Part shown: positions 58,351 to 64,000 of the stretch, one piece after another
How the letters are laid out: every line of letters starts with the position of its first letter
Numbering within the stretch: the stretch's first letter is position 1
Source: a bacterium
Lineage (GTDB): Bacteria > UBA8248
DNA: 64,000 nt
Assembly: GCA_965213625.1 (NCBI GenBank)
Contig: CBDBZU010000004.1
Coordinates: forward strand, 1,184,001 to 1,248,000
Reading direction: 5' to 3'
Position numbers and translations under genes: made by a program
The notes under the pieces: generated by a model
What the model saw: only the letters and a program-made list of their open reading frames with translations
What the model was told of the DNA's origin: nothing
Databases searched by the model: none

Positions 58351-58639
58351 GGGGTTGTTGAAAAAGCCGGCCCTGGGAGTGGTCGGTATGACCGCGCAGG
58401 ACCAACCCCCCCTACCCCCCCTTGTCAGAGGGGCAAGAAAAAGCAAAGTTCCCTCTGCCCGGCGGGAATGCATCGCCTTTTTTACCCCCCTGACAAGGGG
58501 GGGTAGGGGGGGTTGCTTTTATGGGGTTTCCCCCTCAAGGGGGGAGTGATTTTTCTCCCTCATCGTTCGAGAGCGCCCTTCGATACGCGGTTTAGCCGCT
58601 ACTCAGTGTGAGGTGAAACCCGATCGGTGAGGGAGGGTT
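58351..58639. repeat. Cluster of nested palindromic intergenic repeats
   Basis: 21-bp repeat 58351-58371; 31-bp inverted arms 58403-58433 and 58485-58515; CCCCCTCAAGGGGGG; inverted CTCCCTCA..GA/TTC pair 58555-58568 and 58622-58635. Confidence 0.8.
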
Positions 58640-58752
58640 TACGCGTTGTGCAGGGGAAAGGACTGCGGAATCCAGGGAGTTCTACATTTGCCATTCGCTT
58701 TTACTCTTATTCCCGCTTGAGCCGGGAAGGGATTTCGCCGACATGATTTGCG

Positions 58753-59163
58753 TCAGACGTGCAAGACGACGAGGTCATCCTCCACCGTTACCCGGAATGT
58801 TTCCACGGAAGGGTCTTCCTCCACGTCCTCCGGCCGCTCGACCGTCACTTTATACGACCTTACGCGGGTGCGGTGCGGGTTGAAAACGGAGCGACCCGTG
58901 AGGATGTCGAACTCCCAGCAATGCCAGGGACAGACGATTATCTCGCCGTCTTTCACGTATTGGATCTGACGGGGGGCGTCCGCGTCCATGGTCCCGCGCA
59001 CGGGCCCGATACACAAAGGGGCGCCCTGGTGGGGGCAGATGTTTCTCAGCGCGAAAAAATTGCCCTTGACGTTGAACACCCCGATGGAGCGATTTTCGAA
59101 TTCGACGATTTTCCGTTCGCCGGGAGGTAAATCCGACACCTTGGATACGATATGCTTTCCCAT
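58753..59163 (-). CDS. Rieske (2Fe-2S) ferredoxin
   Basis: NICPHQGAPL (CxH) and VCPWHCWEFD (CxxH); start overlaps the upstream stop (TGATG). Confidence 0.93.
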   Translation of the reverse strand: MGKHIVSKVSDLPPGERKIVEFENRSIGVFNVKGNFFALRNICPHQGAPLCIGPVRGTMDADAPRQIQYVKDGEIIVCPWHCWEFDILTGRSVFNPHRTRVRSYKVTVERPEDVEEDPSVETFRVTVEDDLVVLHV

Positions 59164-60350
59164 CAGGCTGCCCCGTTTTCTCCCGACACGAGCATCCTGA
59201 TCTTCGGGTAGGTATCAAGCGCATTTTTATAAAAGATGCTCTTGCGCAGTTCCGGGTCTATGTTGGGGAAGACGTACCGCGGATCGTCGAAGTCCCAATG
59301 CGGGTAATCCGATGAAAACTGAAGCGTGTCTTCCGCATAAATCATTTTCAGCATCTGTTCGTTGAATTCAGGCCTGGGCGGCTCCTCGACGGGCTGGCTC
59401 GTAAAGCGGACGTGCTTGCGAATGACTTCGCTGGGCGGCTCCTTGACCCAGGGAACTTCCAGCCGCAGGGATCTCCATTCCTTGTCCAGGCGCCACATGA
59501 GACCCGCGACCCATGCGTAACCCATTTCCTGGACGATGAATTTCAGGTTCGGGAAACGCTCGAACACCCCCTCGCATACCATGCTCGTCACGTGCATCCA
59601 CCCGATCTGGGGCAAGCCGCTGTGCAACTCGATGAAATAAGAGGGCATCCCTACGGCCAGCATCGGCGGATTGGCGCCGGCGGTTTCAGAGCCGCCGTGA
59701 ATCGCGACGGGCAGATTGTGGCGGGAGGCCGCCTCGTATATCGGCCACATGTATCGCTGGCCCAGGGGAATGTCCATCGGGCATATCTGCACGGAGACGA
59801 TATCCGGATGATCGGCCAGTCGATCGATTTCCTCCGCCGCAAGATTCGGGTCGCGGGGACTCACCCAGATGCATGCCTTGAAGCGGTGGTCGGTGGAAGC
59901 CCATTCGGTAAGAACAAAATCGTTGTAGGCTGAGGCGTAGGCGGCGCTCAGGTCCGCATCCGGAATTCCCGAGACGCCCGTGGCGTCCTGCCCGACGATG
60001 ATGGCGTAATTGATGTCGTGCTCGTCCAGAAGCTGAGTGGCGAGGAAATGGATGTCGGAGCCGATGGGCCCGCCATCGGGCGGCCTGGCGTCCACTCGCC
60101 CGGAACCCCCCGGATGAGGATGGAAGAATGCGCGCCGGGGTACGGCGAACGTGTTGCGGGGATTCGCCTCGTCTTTGACGAGAGCGCCCTTCATGCCGAG
60201 ACGGGCCTGCCACTTTTCGGGGAGGTAGGGTTTCAGGGATTGCACCCCCTTCGGCATCCGGGGATGTATGTCGCAATCGATGATGTTCAGCTTTTTTCCG
60301 GTTGAGGCGTCAATGACGTCCGTGGCTACGGCTTGATCGACTGGGTTCAT
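59163..60350 (-). CDS. Amidohydrolase_2-fold protein, possible dinuclear oxygenase (PtmU3/AibH-like)
   Basis: IIDCDIHP, AYNDF, PVAIHGGSE, EGVFERFP.LKF..QEMG, FTSQP.EEP, FSSDYPHWDFDDP. Confidence 0.85.
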   Translation of the reverse strand: MNPVDQAVATDVIDASTGKKLNIIDCDIHPRMPKGVQSLKPYLPEKWQARLGMKGALVKDEANPRNTFAVPRRAFFHPHPGGSGRVDARPPDGGPIGSDIHFLATQLLDEHDINYAIIVGQDATGVSGIPDADLSAAYASAYNDFVLTEWASTDHRFKACIWVSPRDPNLAAEEIDRLADHPDIVSVQICPMDIPLGQRYMWPIYEAASRHNLPVAIHGGSETAGANPPMLAVGMPSYFIELHSGLPQIGWMHVTSMVCEGVFERFPNLKFIVQEMGYAWVAGLMWRLDKEWRSLRLEVPWVKEPPSEVIRKHVRFTSQPVEEPPRPEFNEQMLKMIYAEDTLQFSSDYPHWDFDDPRYVFPNIDPELRKSIFYKNALDTYPKIRMLVSGENGAA

Positions 60351-60663
60351 GAGGAGGCCTCCAACTCATAGGTGAGATTGGGGTTTCGCATGGCGCCTGC
60401 TATATGGCGTTCGATACGAAGTGATTCAAATCTTAAGTTCTATGGACCCTCCTGGCAAGATGTCCAGGATCGTTTCATGCGAGACACGAGCTGATTTACG
60501 CGTAGTTGACATACTCCTCCTGAGCGAGGGATAGTTGATACATCATCTGAAATTATTATGAAACGGATAGCGCAATTCCCCAGGACGAAGCGGATGGGAG
60601 GGAACGGCTTTGGGTATCGCTGTGCTTACTCGGTATGCCGCCCGAAGGCGGAGGAGATGAAGA

Positions 60664-61071
60664 ATGGAGCCTCGTGACCACGTAGCAAAGGCGCAAAGAA
60701 TCGAATCCTCCCTTCGGAAACTGGACCCCGGTAACGACCCCGAGATGATAATCGAGACGTGCATGCTCGCCGCCACGCACTATTTTAACGCGGCGCTCCA
60801 CGTGGAAGGCATAACGAACCAGTTGATGGACCACGCCCATACCTTCCGACCCACTTTGGATGGATACATCAAGAAGCCCAGCGCGAAGCTTCAGGCTGCG
60901 ATGGAACCGCTGAAATTCATCGAGCAGCTCCGCCCCAGACATTGCCGGGACAGTGAGCCGATCAGTGGAGCGGTCATGGACGAATGCCTACAAAGTCTGG
61001 AGGAGGCGAAATTCGGGTTTCTGGAAATCGTCGGAGGCGCGGCCCGGTCTGCGGTCTGGAGGGTGGTTTAA
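60664..61071 (+). CDS. Hypothetical helical protein, paralog 1
   Basis: GGAGGAG RBS; shares H.AKA.R, KLDP..D.E, NAALH..G, D.AHT, E.LR..H.R with the next gene. Confidence 0.8.
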   Translation: MEPRDHVAKAQRIESSLRKLDPGNDPEMIIETCMLAATHYFNAALHVEGITNQLMDHAHTFRPTLDGYIKKPSAKLQAAMEPLKFIEQLRPRHCRDSEPISGAVMDECLQSLEEAKFGFLEIVGGAARSAVWRVV

Positions 61072-61093
61072 CCGGAAATTCTGGAGATGCGCT

Positions 61094-61498
61094 ATGAAAA
61101 TTGAAGAGCACATGGCCAAAGCCGACCGGTTTGCGCAATCGGTGAAAAAACTCGACCCCGAACAGGATTTCGAGGCGGTGATGTGGGCCCGCATGCACAT
61201 CTGTTCGAACTGGATGAATGCCGCCCTCCATGCGAAAGGGGTTCTTCCCGAAACTGATGATGTCGCCCATACCTGGTATCTTTTTGAGTACGGGGACCAT
61301 GATTACCTGGAGGCAAATATAGACGAGGAGACTCGGTGCGCCCTGACCGAATTGGCCGTATTCGAGAGCCTCAGAACAACCCACGTGCGTGGACCCGGCA
61401 CTTACGGCTCCGAGGTATGCAGACTTTCCGAAAGAGCCTACAACCACCTCAAGGAATTTACGGAGAAAGCGATTGCCGCAATAAGTCCGAGCGCTTAG
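61094..61498 (+). CDS. Hypothetical helical protein, paralog 2
   Basis: GGAG RBS; MKIEEHMAKADRF...KLDPEQDFE...NAALHAKG...DVAHTW...ESLRTTHVRG. Confidence 0.8.
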   Translation: MKIEEHMAKADRFAQSVKKLDPEQDFEAVMWARMHICSNWMNAALHAKGVLPETDDVAHTWYLFEYGDHDYLEANIDEETRCALTELAVFESLRTTHVRGPGTYGSEVCRLSERAYNHLKEFTEKAIAAISPSA

Positions 61499-61575
61499 GC
61501 AAGGCTCGAAGCGTTGGTTACGATCGTCTCATTCAAGGATGTAAATCATCCGCTCTGATGAGGGAGGGTAATTTG

Positions 61576-62580
61576 ATGCTCAATAAGACTTGTCGCCAGC
61601 ATTCAGCAATGGTTGTCGCCTGCGTCGTTATGTTTATCTTTGTGCTGGTCGCTCCCCCAAAAGTCGAAGCTGCCAAAAAAGCGGTCAAACTGGGGGCGGC
61701 CACCGTCGCCAGCACACTCTATGTGATGGCGGGCGCTCTTGCGGACGTCTTCAATCGCAAGAACAAGGACTATTCCCTGAACGTCACCTTGGGAGGCGGT
61801 AAATCCAACCCCCAGCTGGTGGGGGTGGGCAAGTCCGACATTGCCTACAGCTACACGTACTACGTGGGAAACGCCATCGCAGGGAAAAAGCCATACAAAA
61901 AAAAGCATCCGAACCTCAGGGCCATGGTATGGCTCTACACGTCTGCCGTACATTTCATGGCGGCGCCGGAGTTGGCCGGTAAAGGAATCAAATCGTTCGA
62001 GGATTTCGTACAAAAGAAGCCCAAGGCCGGGATAACAATCGGAAAGAAAGGGACGGGAACCTACAACATTGCAACCTATCTTCTGAAGGAGTACGGAACT
62101 TCGACCGCGGCGCTGAAAAAAGCCGGAGTGTCAGTCCGACTCGGCGGAGGCCGCGCCATGATGCGCTTCTATCAGGACAAGCACGTGGATTTCGTTTTGT
62201 TTCACACCGGCCCCGGAAACGGGTTGATCAAACAAGCGGCTTTGCGCCGCTCCATCAATTTCACCGGAGTCACGCCGGGCATGCGCCAGAGGCTGGAAAA
62301 ATTCGGTTTGGTGGAATCGATTGTGGACGCGAATACTTACCCCGGTCAAAAGAAGCCCCTCGACACCTATGGACTCCGGACGATTATTTTCACGAGAAAG
62401 GATCAATCGCCCGACCTGATCTATAAGGTGACCAAAACCGTATTTGAAAATAAGGATTATCTGAAGGGCGCCCACAGACTATACGGCTTCCTGGAGCCCA
62501 AGCGTTCCGTGAAGAACATGAAAGGCGTTCCCATGCACCCGGGCGCAGCACGTTATTACAAGGAAGTGGGAGCGATGTAA
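61576..62580 (+). CDS. TAXI family TRAP transporter solute-binding subunit
   Basis: Signal peptide; GGKSNPQLV, NLRAM..LY, TYPGQ, LIYKVTK.VFEN, VPMHPGAARYYKEVG. Confidence 0.92.
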   Translation: MLNKTCRQHSAMVVACVVMFIFVLVAPPKVEAAKKAVKLGAATVASTLYVMAGALADVFNRKNKDYSLNVTLGGGKSNPQLVGVGKSDIAYSYTYYVGNAIAGKKPYKKKHPNLRAMVWLYTSAVHFMAAPELAGKGIKSFEDFVQKKPKAGITIGKKGTGTYNIATYLLKEYGTSTAALKKAGVSVRLGGGRAMMRFYQDKHVDFVLFHTGPGNGLIKQAALRRSINFTGVTPGMRQRLEKFGLVESIVDANTYPGQKKPLDTYGLRTIIFTRKDQSPDLIYKVTKTVFENKDYLKGAHRLYGFLEPKRSVKNMKGVPMHPGAARYYKEVGAM

Positions 62581-62683
62581 CCTGAGAAGTCACGGGTTCA
62601 TGACGCTAAAGGAATGACCGGGCGCCAGGAGTTCATCAATTTTCTTGGCGCCCGTTTTTAAATAATTCCGGAAGGCGCTCTTC

Positions 62684-64000
62684 ATGGTTGGTCAAGACGC
62701 AAATTTTCCTCCCAGGGGGTTCATCGGCTATCTTGTCATGCTGATTGCGATCGGCATGTCCCTCACTGAGGTTTATCTTGCCGTTACCGGCGGGATGGAC
62801 GCGATTTTCGAGCGGCCGATGTTTTATATGGCCGCCGCCGCCATCATCTTTCTCACTCCCTCGTCAACAAAAGCCGGGGTCTTGTCGCCAAAGTGGCGCA
62901 AGGCGAACACCGCCTTTCTCGGCGTCGTCGCGGTAGTTTCCGTAGCGTGGCTGCTCTGGGAGTTTGACAGGCTCCTCGAACGCACCCGCTACATTGATGA
63001 CGTCCTGTCCCTGGATATTTTCTTTGGAGTCGTCTGCATCGTTTTGGTTCTCGAAGCCACGCGCCGGGCAATCAATCTGACCTTGCCCCTGATTGCGCTT
63101 TTCTTTCTTGCATACACCTACTTCGGTCTTTGGATGCCGTGGGAATTCAAGCACGGCGGCATCGGGTTTCTGGACATCATCGATCATTTCTACATGACCG
63201 ACGGGGGCCTATGGTCTGCCCCGATGTATGTTTTCGTCAATTACATGTTCCTGTTCATCCTGTTCGGGGCCGTGCTCGATGCTTCGGGTGCCGGAAAAAT
63301 ATACATCGACTTCGCGTTCCTGCTGACCGGCCGGATGCGGGGCGGGCCCGCCAAGGCGGCCGTGGTGGCCAGCGCCCTCTCGGGAACCATATCGGGAAGC
63401 GCCACCGCCAACATCGTCACCACGGGCACCTTCACCATCCCCTTGATGAAAAAGATGGGGTATCGTCCTCACGTCGCGGGAGCTGTCGAGACCGCGGCTT
63501 CCACCGGAGGCCAGATCATGCCTCCCATCATGGGAACGGCGGCTTTTTTGCTGGCCGAATTCACCGGAACCTCTTATTTCACCATCATCAAGATTTCGGT
63601 TATTCCCGCATTACTCTATTTCATGTCCGTCTTTGTGTTCGTGCATTTGGAGGCGGCGAAAAACGACATCCGCGGCCTGCGTTGGGAGGATCTTCCCGAC
63701 GTTTTCAATACGCTCGGCCGTGCGTTTATTTTTCTCATCCCGCCGGCCGTTTTGATTTATTTCATGGTAGCCGGTAGGTCGGTGCAATATGCGGGCGTAT
63801 CCGGAATCATCGCCACGATTATTTCTATGGCGTTGCTTGGAATGATCGATTATCTCTATCAAGGATTGCGGAAACGCAGTTTTTCCGCAGGGCTTGCCCT
63901 CGATTATTTGCGAAGCGGTTCGAGCAAACTCATCCGGGCGCTGGTTCGAGGGGCGCAGCAGTGCGCTCCGATAGCCGCCGCCTGTGCGACTGCGGGCATC
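62684..64000 (+). CDS. TRAP transporter fused (DctQM / 4TM-12TM) permease, 3' truncated by window
   Basis: LEATRR, FLFILFGAVL, RGGPAKAAVVAS, GTISGSATAN, AASTGGQIMPPIMG; open to the window end. Confidence 0.92.
   Translation, partial: MVGQDANFPPRGFIGYLVMLIAIGMSLTEVYLAVTGGMDAIFERPMFYMAAAAIIFLTPSSTKAGVLSPKWRKANTAFLGVVAVVSVAWLLWEFDRLLERTRYIDDVLSLDIFFGVVCIVLVLEATRRAINLTLPLIALFFLAYTYFGLWMPWEFKHGGIGFLDIIDHFYMTDGGLWSAPMYVFVNYMFLFILFGAVLDASGAGKIYIDFAFLLTGRMRGGPAKAAVVASALSGTISGSATANIVTTGTFTIPLMKKMGYRPHVAGAVETAASTGGQIMPPIMGTAAFLLAEFTGTSYFTIIKISVIPALLYFMSVFVFVHLEAAKNDIRGLRWEDLPDVFNTLGRAFIFLIPPAVLIYFMVAGRSVQYAGVSGIIATIISMALLGMIDYLYQGLRKRSFSAGLALDYLRSGSSKLIRALVRGAQQCAPIAAACATAGI

Noticed and set aside
57910-58549. 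ORFs 57910-58473 (-), 57956-58405 (-) and 58355-58549 (+)
   Set aside because: Translations of the palindromic repeat cluster and the antisense strand of the DsrE gene.
1-64000. tRNA, rRNA, transposase or prophage genes
   Set aside because: None recognisable by eye; a covariance-model scan was not possible, so small RNAs cannot be excluded.

Overview
A 64-kb bacterial chromosomal segment with about 60 protein-coding genes and no rRNA, tRNA, CRISPR array, integrase or transposase that I can see. Housekeeping genes (glyA, cyclophilin, typA, uvrA, rlmD-lexA-dinB, pncA, thrB, dedA) are interleaved with small catabolic cassettes (luciferase-like monooxygenases, an orphan Mo-hydroxylase subunit, GGT, hydantoinase/oxoprolinase A+B, an Xsc-like ThDP enzyme, cupin-PrpD-CoA ligase-crotonase-MFS, tandem SDRs, a haloalkane dehalogenase homolog, a TAXI/TRAP transporter) and two toxin-antitoxin modules (hipBA; higB-higA/ImmA). 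The main points the ORF track does not show are: (1) a DsrE-family gene with an in-frame TGA exactly at the first Cys of CxxC (UxxC), a probable selenoprotein (57974-58333); (2) an amidohydrolase-fold protein plus Rieske ferredoxin resembling PtmU3/AibH-type dinuclear oxygenases, divergent from two uncharacterised HEPN-like paralogs and a TAXI transporter (58753-64000); (3) four TATAC-N8-GTATA operators at an exact 27-bp period upstream of hipB; (4) several families of dispersed intergenic repeats; (5) two CTGA stop/start overlaps and two frameshifted genes; (6) an AT-hook insertion in UvrA and a catalytic Glu-to-Gln change in the dehalogenase. GC content appears to rise at about 15 kb. All family calls come from motif recognition by eye; no database searches were run.
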